Source: Podarcis bocagei
Taxonomy: Eukaryota
Assembly: GCA_964188305.1 (NCBI GenBank)
Contig: OZ076888.1
Length of the DNA: 64,000 nucleotides
Strand: one strand, 5' to 3'
In this document: positions 52,024-60,400 of the stretch, in pieces
Layout: each line of letters opens with the position of its first letter
How positions within the stretch are numbered: position 1 is the stretch's first letter
The notes under the pieces: model-generated
What the model was told of the DNA's origin: nothing
The model's input: only the letters and a program-made list of their open reading frames with translations
Databases searched by the model: none
Position numbers and translations under genes: made by a program

Positions 52024-54718
52024 GTGGTGATAAATAGGCAAAATATTTTAAGAAACGAGTTTTGCCCTCCTTCTGCTTCTCTTCTTGGTGGTTCCTTACT
52101 GCAGCCACCAAGACATTGGCAGCATTTGAATTATCTTTCCTGGCTTCATAAACCATAGCTTAGGAAGTTAGGAATTACAGTGATACCTCGGGTTAAGAAC
52201 TTAATTCGTTCTGGAGGTCCGTTCTTAACCTGAAAATGTTCTTAACCTGAGGTATCACTTTAGCTAATGGGGCCTCCCGCTGCTGCTGCACTGCTGCCAC
52301 ACAATTTCTGTTCTCATCCTGAAGCAAAGTTCTTAACCCGAGGTACTATTTCTAGGTTAGCGCAGTCTGTAACCTGAAGCGTCTGTAACCCGAAGTATCA
52401 CTGTAGTGTCAAACTTGCCTGTTCCTTTCTCATGCCTCCCCTCTTTGCTTTGTGTGCTGGATTCAGTGTGACATTCATGTTATAGTTCTTAACTAGGAGC
52501 TATCTGAAGATAATTGTTGGCAGTGCTAAAATGGTTGCTGTTCATTGCTAGTGGAGTTGTGGTTGAACATTCTCATCTTCTGAAAACATGGTGCCTTTTC
52601 TTCTCATTTGATCTTTAGGCAAGAGTTTGTGAATGCCTACGTGGACTACATCTTCAATAAATCTGTGGCTCCTCTCTATGACGCATTCCATGCAGGCTTT
52701 CACAAGGTGTGTGGAGGTAAAGTTCTGCAGCTCTTCCAGCCCAATGAACTGCAAGCAATGGTGATTGGGAATACAAACTATGATTGGAAAGAACTAGAGA
52801 AGGTATGTTACTAGTCCAGACATTAGCAGCTACTGAACACTAAAGAACCCTGTATAATTAAGCGATTGCCCAAAATAGAGCTTTTCTGTATTATGTAGAA
52901 AAACACTAAAATACATAAAATTCTATAAATACGTTTACACATAGGTATTTTTGTTTGTTCAATATACAACATTTTATTTGTAAATTTGAGGCAGGTATAT
53001 TGTGATTTTGATTTGTTGTTCTTAGAATACTCAATACAAAGGAGAATATTGGGCAGAGAATCCAACAATTAAAATGTTCTGGGAAGTTTTTCATGAGTTA
53101 CCACTGGAGAAGAAGAAACAGTTTTTATGTAAGTATACAAAACTGTGTAAGAAAATAAGAAATCTAAATAGAAACTCTAGAGCAATTGTTACCATTGGCT
53201 TATTTTTCATGTAACACTAGGTCATAATTTAGCACTATATGCTAAGCAGCAGTGAGCCTCGGGCCTGTGGAGCTTCCTTCAGCACAGCCGGCTATCGGAA
53301 GTATCTACCTATGGTTTTAAACAATCTACATCCAAACTTGGAACTGTGGTTTGTTTAGCTGTGGTGTGTTCAGACAAGCCAGGATCAATATGTAGTTTAT
53401 GATCCTGTCTTCTTATCAAGTTATAGTGTAATCTGTCCCCAAATTTGGAAGTAAGAACTCCAGTTTAAGAGCGGCAGCAGCAGTTTCTTCTAATCACTTC
53501 AGGACTGGAGGTTAGGGGAAAATGCAGGCAGCCCCCTTCATGGGAATTTTGTGGGTTGTCAACCACCCAGGGCCCCAGGGAGTTGGCACCTATGAATGTG
53601 AGTGTAAGGCTCAGTGCTGTTCATGGTTTACATGTAAGCCTAAGTGTTAGTGTTGGGTTTGGGTTTTTTGAATGGTTAAAATGCTAAGTTGACTTTGGAT
53701 TCTGTCCAAGGGAGAATTTGCATTTTCACTTTTTAAAAAAATGAATATTTTAAACAGAAATAAACAACAATTACTAGGATCAGGTCTGCAGGTTGCTTAT
53801 TCACTTATGTTTCAAATACTATCTGTTGGATCCAGACGTTTTTCGGCTGGTTTCAATGGGAATGAAGCACAACATGCATCATGATTTGGCTCACTTGATT
53901 GATTTCAGTAGGACCTAAGTTAACTTAAGTCTGGATTCTGCCCAGAGTTTTGAATGTGTGAGCACCCTAACATGCATACAGGCACATATATGAATAGATT
54001 AACTGCAGCTGTTTCTGGTGAAACACATCATACCAGTTGAAAGCACCCATGCAGCTACTCTGCTTGATTTGATGATTCATTAAAGGTTGAAAACCTTACT
54101 TTAGGTGCAAGCACACCTGTTTCCAAGCAAATAATTATTTATTTAGCCAAGAGAAACTGTTAACTTAATTAAATCACTTTACACCACACTTGTTTTTTAG
54201 GGTTGGACTCAGGAGTGTTATATGGATTTTCTGTTTTTAGTTATATTTCCCCCCCCCCCCCAAGAACCTCTGGGTGAAGCAATGAACAAATATAATAAAT
54301 AAGTTCTCTAAACTATAAAATTTGTTTAGAATAACTTTAAGCAAAAACAGTGAACTATAAACAATTTCATATGGCTATAACTGCCTTACATTTTCAGAAT
54401 TTTAGATTTGGGCTATATCAGTCTAAAAAGTAAAATGAAAATTATAGCACAGCACTAAATTTTTGGCTTTTGTACCCAGGCTTCTTACTTATTTATATTT
54501 TCTTGGTAGTATTTTTGACAGGCAGTGATCGCATTCCTATTCTTGGGATGAAGAGCCTTAGTCTTGTCATTCAGCCGACTGGAGGTGGTGATGAGTATCT
54601 CCCCGTGTCTCATACATGTTTTAATCTTCTTGATCTTCCAAAATATACAGATAAAGAAATACTCAGATCTAAGCTGATCCAGGCTATTGATCACAATGAA
54701 GGTTTCAATTTAGTATAA
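29735..54718 (+). CDS. HERC4: HERC4 E3 ubiquitin ligase (RCC1-like domain + HECT), 24 coding exons, 3183 nt, 1060 aa (1052 without the microexon)
   Basis: Exons assembled by hand with GT-AG boundaries and consistent phase; lengths 226,160,77,222,92,131,161,77,134,60,112,190,173,120,24,99,168,144,167,67,83,184,103,209. N-terminus [26 protein letters not shown] matches HERC4 as recalled. RCC1 repeats present; HECT catalytic motif [15 protein letters not shown]; ends EGFNLV*. Confidence 0.97.
31012..31171 (+). CDS. HERC4: HERC4 coding exon 2
   Basis: [24 protein letters not shown]...YTRVPR, AG/GT flanks. Confidence 0.95.
31286..31546 (+). mobile_element. Squam3-type tRNA-derived SINE, full length, (CTT)n tail
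   Basis: Pol III A-box tggtgtagtggtt, B-box-like gggtttgcgtctc, about 260 bp, simple-repeat tail. Confidence 0.85.
31548..31767. repeat. Perfect 87-bp inverted repeat with 46-bp spacer
   Basis: 31548-31634 is the exact reverse complement of 31681-31767. Confidence 0.95.
31924..32000 (+). CDS. HERC4: HERC4 coding exon 3
   Basis: [25 protein letters not shown]. Confidence 0.95.
32492..32713 (+). CDS. HERC4: HERC4 coding exon 4
   Basis: [18 protein letters not shown]...GQLGLNDEN. Confidence 0.95.
33209..33300 (+). CDS. HERC4: HERC4 coding exon 5
   Basis: [31 protein letters not shown]. Confidence 0.95.
34608..34738 (+). CDS. HERC4: HERC4 coding exon 6
   Basis: [43 protein letters not shown]. 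Confidence 0.95.
35149..35309 (+). CDS. HERC4: HERC4 coding exon 7
   Basis: [25 protein letters not shown]...DIPLNS. Confidence 0.95.
35458..36072 (+). mobile_element. 5'-truncated L1/Tx1-type LINE
   Basis: 16-bp TSD AATAAATGCTGCACCA at 35442-35457 and 36073-36088; ORF2 C-terminal remnant [15 protein letters not shown]...W...LEKL; AATAAA plus A tail. Confidence 0.85.
36350..36426 (+). CDS. HERC4: HERC4 coding exon 8
   Basis: [26 protein letters not shown]. Confidence 0.93.
37120..37259. mobile_element. Old hAT-type MITE (aactcccatcatccct family); related copies about 13320, 44980, 60298
   Basis: Internal palindrome and a ttccccatccctg terminus. Confidence 0.6.
37721..37854 (+). CDS. HERC4: HERC4 coding exon 9
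   Basis: [44 protein letters not shown], donor AA|gtaaga. Confidence 0.92.
38400..39510 (-). mobile_element. Degenerate non-LTR retrotransposon ORF2 3' region
   Basis: ORF 38671-39207 contains [17 protein letters not shown]...C...H...HC, a degraded C-terminal zinc knuckle; clade and boundaries approximate. Confidence 0.7.
39631..39690 (+). CDS. HERC4: HERC4 coding exon 10
   Basis: [19 protein letters not shown]. Confidence 0.93.
39837..39948 (+). CDS. HERC4: HERC4 coding exon 11
   Basis: [37 protein letters not shown]. Confidence 0.93.
41425..41614 (+). CDS. HERC4: HERC4 coding exon 12
   Basis: [33 protein letters not shown]...APLKVL. Confidence 0.95.
42039..42278. mobile_element. Tc1/mariner (Tigger-like) MITE
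   Basis: TA|cagtggtacctc...gaggtatgattg|TA. Confidence 0.8.
42723..42895 (+). CDS. HERC4: HERC4 coding exon 13
   Basis: [20 protein letters not shown]...LEILHR. Confidence 0.95.
44051..44170 (+). CDS. HERC4: HERC4 coding exon 14
   Basis: [40 protein letters not shown]. Confidence 0.95.
46070..46321 (-). mobile_element. Sauria SINE, internally deleted
   Basis: Both termini present; 15-bp TSD TGTACA(T/C)AGGACATA; about 100 bp shorter than the 61350 copy. Confidence 0.85.
46785..46808 (+). CDS. HERC4: HERC4 24-nt frame-preserving microexon (DISHGLNE)
   Basis: ttttggtag|GAT ATC AGC CAT GGA TTA AAT GAG|gtaaga, phase 0/0; resembles the 8-aa alternative segment recalled from human HERC4. Confidence 0.85.
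47087..47185 (+). CDS. HERC4: HERC4 coding exon 16
   Basis: [33 protein letters not shown]. Confidence 0.95.
47439..47606 (+). CDS. HERC4: HERC4 coding exon 17
   Basis: [32 protein letters not shown]...YKKPLK. Confidence 0.95.
48218..48373 (+). mobile_element. tRNA-Ile-headed SINE with CR1-type 3' tail
   Basis: tagctcagttggtcagag...gctgataacgccaaggtcgcaggt head; ggtcccttccaactct...(attctatg)n tail. Confidence 0.8.
48433..48576 (+). CDS. HERC4: HERC4 coding exon 18 (HECT)
   Basis: [48 protein letters not shown]. Confidence 0.96.
49723..50217. mobile_element. GC-rich non-autonomous hAT element
   Basis: TIR CAGTGGCGTAGC / GCTACGCCGCTG; perfect 8-bp TSD GTTACCAG. Confidence 0.9.
50579..50745 (+). 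CDS. HERC4: HERC4 coding exon 19 (HECT)
   Basis: [38 protein letters not shown]...MPDVG. Confidence 0.96.
50835..51193. mobile_element. Tc1/mariner (Tigger-like) MITE with internal 24-bp tandem repeat
   Basis: TA|ccgtggtgccccgcaagacgaa...ttcgtcttgcgaggcaccactg|TA. Confidence 0.85.
51457..51523 (+). CDS. HERC4: HERC4 coding exon 20
   Basis: [22 protein letters not shown]. Confidence 0.95.
51706..51788 (+). CDS. HERC4: HERC4 coding exon 21
   Basis: [27 protein letters not shown]. Confidence 0.95.
51972..52023. repeat. (TTTC)n microsatellite
   Basis: Read directly. Confidence 0.95.
52178..52403. mobile_element. Tc1/mariner (Tigger-like) MITE
   Basis: TA|cagtgatacctcgggtta...taacccgaagtatcactg|TA. 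Confidence 0.85.
52619..52802 (+). CDS. HERC4: HERC4 coding exon 22
   Basis: [16 protein letters not shown]...YDWKELEK. Confidence 0.95.
53026..53128 (+). CDS. HERC4: HERC4 coding exon 23
   Basis: [34 protein letters not shown]. Confidence 0.95.
54510..54718 (+). CDS. HERC4: HERC4 last coding exon (HECT catalytic Cys)
   Basis: [16 protein letters not shown]...[15 protein letters not shown]...EGFNLV then TAA. Confidence 0.96.
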
Positions 54719-55840
54719 CTTGCAGAAGCTAAGAACACAGCAACTCTTTAACGTGGGAACATTGAACTAATTTTGCATCTATCTTGCAGTGTCACATAAG
54801 GTAAAAAGCCTGGCAGCGGAGCTATTATAAGAAATGCTTGTAAACATGTTCAGTGATCGGATCCTCTAATGGCACCCAAAAATCCTTACACTAATAAACT
54901 GTCTTGATATGAATGCTGGAGCCACATTTTGCCATCTTAATAAAAATTCAACTTTGGAATAAAAGCAATGGTTTCACCAACTAAATTTTAGTACTTCACA
55001 TATTGCAAAATGACTTGCTGTGTGTGTGAAAGGTGTGCTTACTCCCCCCCCCCCATCACTGCAACAGTCACATTAGGTTTTTCATTTTGTAAATATATTT
55101 TTTTTGTAATAAAATACCTGTGCTCCAATAGCAGTAGAGTATCTATTGCTTGTAACTGAATTGGGGCTTATTTTATAAAAAGAGACACACACCCAAAAGG
55201 CGTTAACATTTGAGCTGATAAATTAAGAGATATGCATCTCTTGTCTTTTTGTAAAAATCTAACGAGGAGCCATAAATTTTATGTCAACCCTTTCATACCG
55301 GAACAAATATGGCTCCTGTTAACATAAAAAAAGTGATCAAGACAATGTGAAAGATAATTTGTCTGATAATCTCATGGCAGCATGAAGCAACTATCAGTTG
55401 TTAAAATTATGAATGGAACCCATTATTTAATCTTGGAATTCAATCCTTGGCAACTGTTGGTAATTAGAATAATCAAGGAATGCCTGGCTTCAGCTCCACT
55501 TTTTGCCTTTTACCTTCAGTAGAGCTGAGAATTTTATCCTTTTGTTCCCATTCACAAATGTTGAAAGAGCAGTTTTGCAGTTCTGGTTCAGTTTACACTT
55601 TTTCAGATAATTGTTAAATGCTCTCTTTTTAAAAGACTTTTTGGATTTCAGTAAGACATCTCTTGATGATATTGAATTAAACATGAGGATTGAGGGGGTG
55701 GGGGCTAGCTTAAGTTCCTGAATGTTTACATGTTAATGGATAGTATGTGACTTTCAGCTGTGAAATATTTATTTTTTTTTAGATTTATAAACTGCAGTGA
55801 AACAATTCAAGCATCAAATAAAAAAATTCTTGAATGAATT
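54719..55840 (+). terminator. HERC4 3' UTR with candidate poly(A) signals
   Basis: AATAAA at 54893, 55108 and 55817 among others; which site is used cannot be determined from sequence. Confidence 0.55.
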
Positions 55841-56208
55841 ATGTACAAGTGTGCATGTAGGTGTTTCATTCTTTCAACAAATTTGATTCTGTGCAGGAGT
55901 TAGCATAGCAGTGTGTCACTTAGCACACATCTCTGTGATAATTATTTTGAGGTTCATATGAGGTTCAGCCTTAACTCCCAGTTCTGTCTGGACTGCGTCT
56001 GCATAATTGACAAGACCCATGTAGGCTCTGTAGTCTGCATGACTGAAGTCCATCTGGCAATGTCACATAAGAGTGAAGCAGGGATACTGTCAATGCAATA
56101 CTGTCAATTTATATTGATACGCTGAAATGACAGGACATGGTTTAGCAAAGGATCAGATACACATGGACCAAGCTTATGCATATGTTCAGTACTTTGTATG
56201 TTATAATA

Positions 56209-56564
56209 CAGGGGTTGGCAACGTGTGGCCCATGGGCCGGATGCAGATCATGAAGACCATTTGACTGGCCCCCGAGCCACCCGCTCAGCGAGTCCCCTGC
56301 GTGCTGTGCAGGGAGTGTCCGAGCATCGCCGGAAATCACGTCTGCACACATGCAGATACTGGAAATCACTTCTGCACATGCCCAGACGCTGAAAATCGCT
56401 TCTGCGCAGGTGCGATTTTTGGCGTCTGGGCATGCGCAGAAGTGATTTCTGGTGCCACGGACACGCGCAGATGTGATTTCCAGCATTGCACTGTGCCGGT
56501 CTGGCCCACGGCAATGTCTACAGGAGTGATCCAGCCCATGGCCGGTAAGCCTTGCCAACCCCTG
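56209..56564. mobile_element. hAT MITE with long internal palindrome
   Basis: 13-bp TIR CAGGGGTTGGCAA / TTGCCAACCCCTG; TSD TTATAATA / TTATAATG. Confidence 0.9.
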
Positions 56565-57303
56565 TTATAATGGAAGTGGGGAAAGCGGTAACCCAAGTTA
56601 CTCGTTACAATGAATGGGTTCTTCCTTGCATATACCTTGTTAAGTAAGCTGTCTTTCCTTCCTACTAAGTTCCCAACATATCACTACTTCCCTTGCAGAT
56701 GTTTGTTCCATAACCATGTGTTACATTGTAATAATGCTCAGCCTAGACATCTGTTACTTTGACCAAGCGTGCCATGTGAAGCTAGGTTCTTCTACCATTC
56801 TGTTGGTTGCAGTTTGGATCATCTCCATTATTGTAGTTCACAAATAACTTGTTGAAGTAGTTCCTGTGAAAATGATGAGCTTTTTGAAGGAATCTTTTGT
56901 GTGTCAGCAGGAGTTTTAAGAATGAAGGCAGGCATGTGTGTCTGTGTCTGTGTGCACGCACACACACACACATATGCTGTTATTACACTTGAGGTGGTAG
57001 GAGATTATGAGCAATGCGGGTGCATGCATTGCTATCAAGGTCCTAATTGTACCTCATCCACCAGCATATAGGCACTTGTATGTTTCCCCTAATGGGGTAA
57101 ATAGCAGCTATAGGAGGGTGGGAGTGATTTTAAAAATAGAAAAAACAGCACAGCTGCAGCCATAATCCAAACCAGACCTACTTTGGCTGCTTTGATCCCA
57201 AAAAAGGGATACTGTTCAGAGCTCCTGTATGGTATTTCTGTCTCAGCTTTTAGATGCAGGTGCAATAAAGTAACTAAGGTTGATGCAGCTAAAGGCAGGC
57301 AGA

Positions 57304-57309
57304 TTTATT
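57304..57309 (-). terminator. Poly(A) signal of the COX5B-like gene
   Basis: Minus-strand AATAAA about 55 nt after the stop codon. Confidence 0.7.
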
Positions 57310-57362
57310 TAAGTCTACAATGAAAGAAAGAAAGAAAAAACACCTTTTCTTGGTATCAGTTC

Positions 57363-57475
57363 TCAGTGGGGGAGTTCATAATGAGTTAGCTTGTAGTAAG
57401 ACCCACACTGAGGGCAACGGTGGCTGTCTCCTTTGTGTACCCAGAACCAAATAATAGTGGAGTTATCTTCCTCAC
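57363..57475 (-). CDS. COX5B: COX5B-like exon 4
   Basis: tttctgcag|GT GAG GAA GAT AAC...CCC CAC TGA. Confidence 0.95.
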
Positions 57476-60400
57476 CTGCAGAAAGAAAGAAAAAATTCCA
57501 TTATCTGTTAATTAAGAACCCACATTTTAGAAAGCTTGAAGGACTTTAGAGAAGGACCAGTTACATTTGACAACAGTTTTGGTTCCCTAGAATAGTGGAA
57601 CAGCAGCCTTTGAAGCTGGTCTATTTTTGAAGTTGGTTATGGCATCTTTCCTACCAGATCAGTGGGAAGTAGTTTTGCATGTTGCTGCATCTTTTGTGTA
57701 GTTATCATTGTAGGACATAACTACACAGGGACTCTGGGAAAGAGACTCCCAAATGCATGAATGTGGGGGAGAATTGGCAGGAAATGTTTAACTTGTCACC
57801 CTGCTGACTGTTAGTGTCAGACAAGAAAACAAGCCCAGAGAGTGAAAACAACCTGGGAAAGAGCCAATAGCTCCTTGGTGTTTCAAAGCAAGAATCATAG
57901 AAAATGCCATGTTTGTATCTTAATATAGTATGCATCTTCTACCAAAGACTCAGGCTGTGCATATTTTACATGCCGCTTCATTTGTAACAGGGTCAATAAG
58001 TATGCCTTTACAGTATTTTTAAAATTTCTTAAAGCACTCACACCCAACTCAGCGAGAAACCACTGTTAAAAATCAACACGATTACCACAGAAATTTTGCT
58101 GTAGGTAATTTATAAGATATGGATGGAATACTTACACCCACTCTTACCCTCCTCAGCTCCCCTTGGGTTCAGTGGATTCTTCCCCTTGTGCATGCACACA
58201 GGCAGCCCAGAACAGGGAATGGGAGGCCTGAGCATGCTGCCTCTATAATTATCCCACTTTGAGTGCATGCATGCACTGATGGATGTGTTGAAGGGGAAAG
58301 GTTCTACTTGAATCAAAAGACGATTGCTTCACCATGGTGGGACGGGATTGCACCTGAAATGTCTGGTGCTTAATAGGTTTTACAAGACTATGCAATATGA
58401 GAATCAGAAAGACAGTATGTACTGAAGTCAAATGAATTCTGATACCTACAGATACAACCCACTAGTCTCTTGTCCCCAATTGATGGAACAATATGAGGCT
58501 CTTCTCTGGTTCCTGGATATTTCTTGGGCTTCAAGACGTTGTATGGATCCTTTATAAAGAAGAAATGTGTTAGTTAGCAGCACAGTTGTTCTATATCCCC
58601 TCCTGCCATGTTTTTCCTTTACTGAATGACCAAGGGTTGATTTTTAAAGAACTAGAATACAGTGGAAGAACAAAAAAGTTATAAATCTTGGGTGACTGAA
58701 GTAAGAGTTTAAGGCTGTATTCCACTCCAACCTTGGTTCATCTGCATGAATTTCATTGCTTTTAAATTCAGCTTGATGTGTAAATTAAGTGATGCTGAGA
58801 AAAATCTACAGGGCCTGTAAAGACTTGAGACCTCTAAGTCACAGTGCATGATGAGACCACAGCCAATGGTGTAGTCAACAAAAGCAATGGGAGATGTGTT
58901 GGGCTGGAGGTTAAATTTCTTTTTTAAATCTTCCACTGATAGTGATAGTTATTAGTCAAGAGTGTGAAACCAAACAAAATCATATTTCAGTGAAACTCTT
59001 CAATTGCTTTAAACTTACTTCCCCTCTCTTCAAGGCTTGCATACTTTTCAGTTCAAGCCCAGTAGCTTGCTCTTCATCCGTAGGGATACCTGAAAAGAAC
59101 AATGAAAACCCCCAGATTTGATTGCCTTTCTGACACTATGCACTGATATGCAAACTTAAACCCATTTAAATCAACTGTTAAGTGTAGGGTCAACTTGGGC
59201 TTAAGTACGCAAATCTCAGGCCTTCATAGCAAATGCAGCTAGCTCTTTCTTTTGTAATTGCCATCTCTCTTTATGCACTGATGGAGATTCTCTCTATGTG
59301 TCATTCTACATTCTGCTTTGTTGGCATTGATGATAACAACTACAGTCATACCTCTTCTTGTGAATGCTTCATGTTGCATTTTTTCAGGTTAAGAACACAG
59401 CAAACCCGGAAGTTTCGCCACACACGCAGAAGCATTCTGCACAGTTCACATATGCGCAGAAGCGCTGCTCTGGTTGCTGACTTTTCGGGGCGCGAATGGT
59501 ACCCCGGAACGGATTGTGTCCACAACCAGAGGTACCACTATACCTTTGGGCAGAGGCATAACTAGGCTCCCTTGTGTCCTTAGCAAGGAGACACATCAGT
59601 CTGCTGCCTCCCCTTTCCCTTGCGCTTTTGGCAAGGAGCTGTATTGGGAGAGACCATGGACCAGAAACTCAAAACGGTTGCTTTTCATTGGCTTTTGCAC
59701 TCAGCCAGTGACTTCCTCCACAGACATTGGGGTTGAGTCTGCTCTGCCCTGCCTCCCCACCATCTCCATTAGTCCATCTTCCTGACTTCTGCCTCTTTTC
59801 CTTCTGCCTCCATTCCACTCTTGCCCTCTCCCCTGCTGGGTGCTCTACTCACACTTCTAATAGCGCTGCCAGCCGACTGGGGAGGGGGGCCCTCAGGGCT
59901 GCAGCAATCTGATTTCTCCATCCTGGCACCCAGAGGAGCCTGCATATCTCACCCAGCCATCCAGGAGGAATGGCCTGAGGTGTACATGGATGATCAGGCT
60001 CCCAGCCACTCTGAGCCAACCTATCCAATCACTAGGCATGCCCCCGCCTCTGGGTAACTAACAGGCCATGTGTGAGGGGATTCTATATGAGCAAAATCCC
60101 TGCCATCAGTGCCTCTTCCTCTTAACAACTGCTGTAGGAAAAATTCTAGCACCAAACTGGAGTCTGCTGCTGTCATAGTTTCCAACTCTTCTTTTACACA
60201 CCTATTTGCATGCTTAGATATATCTATCCTTAACTGCTGAGCAGGTACTGGCTGAAAAAAAAGTCTTTAAAAACCCTGTAACTCACACATTAAATCAAGG
60301 ACAGCCAACTTGATGCCCTCCAGATACTTTGGACTATAATTCCCAACAGCCCCAGGCAGCATTGCCAATGATAAGGGATTATGGTAGTTGTAGTTGAAAA

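Noticed and set aside
59560-60065. Possible LTR fragment in COX5B-like intron 1 (similar case about 4800-5020)
   Set aside because: The composition is suggestive but convincing termini and a TSD could not be established.
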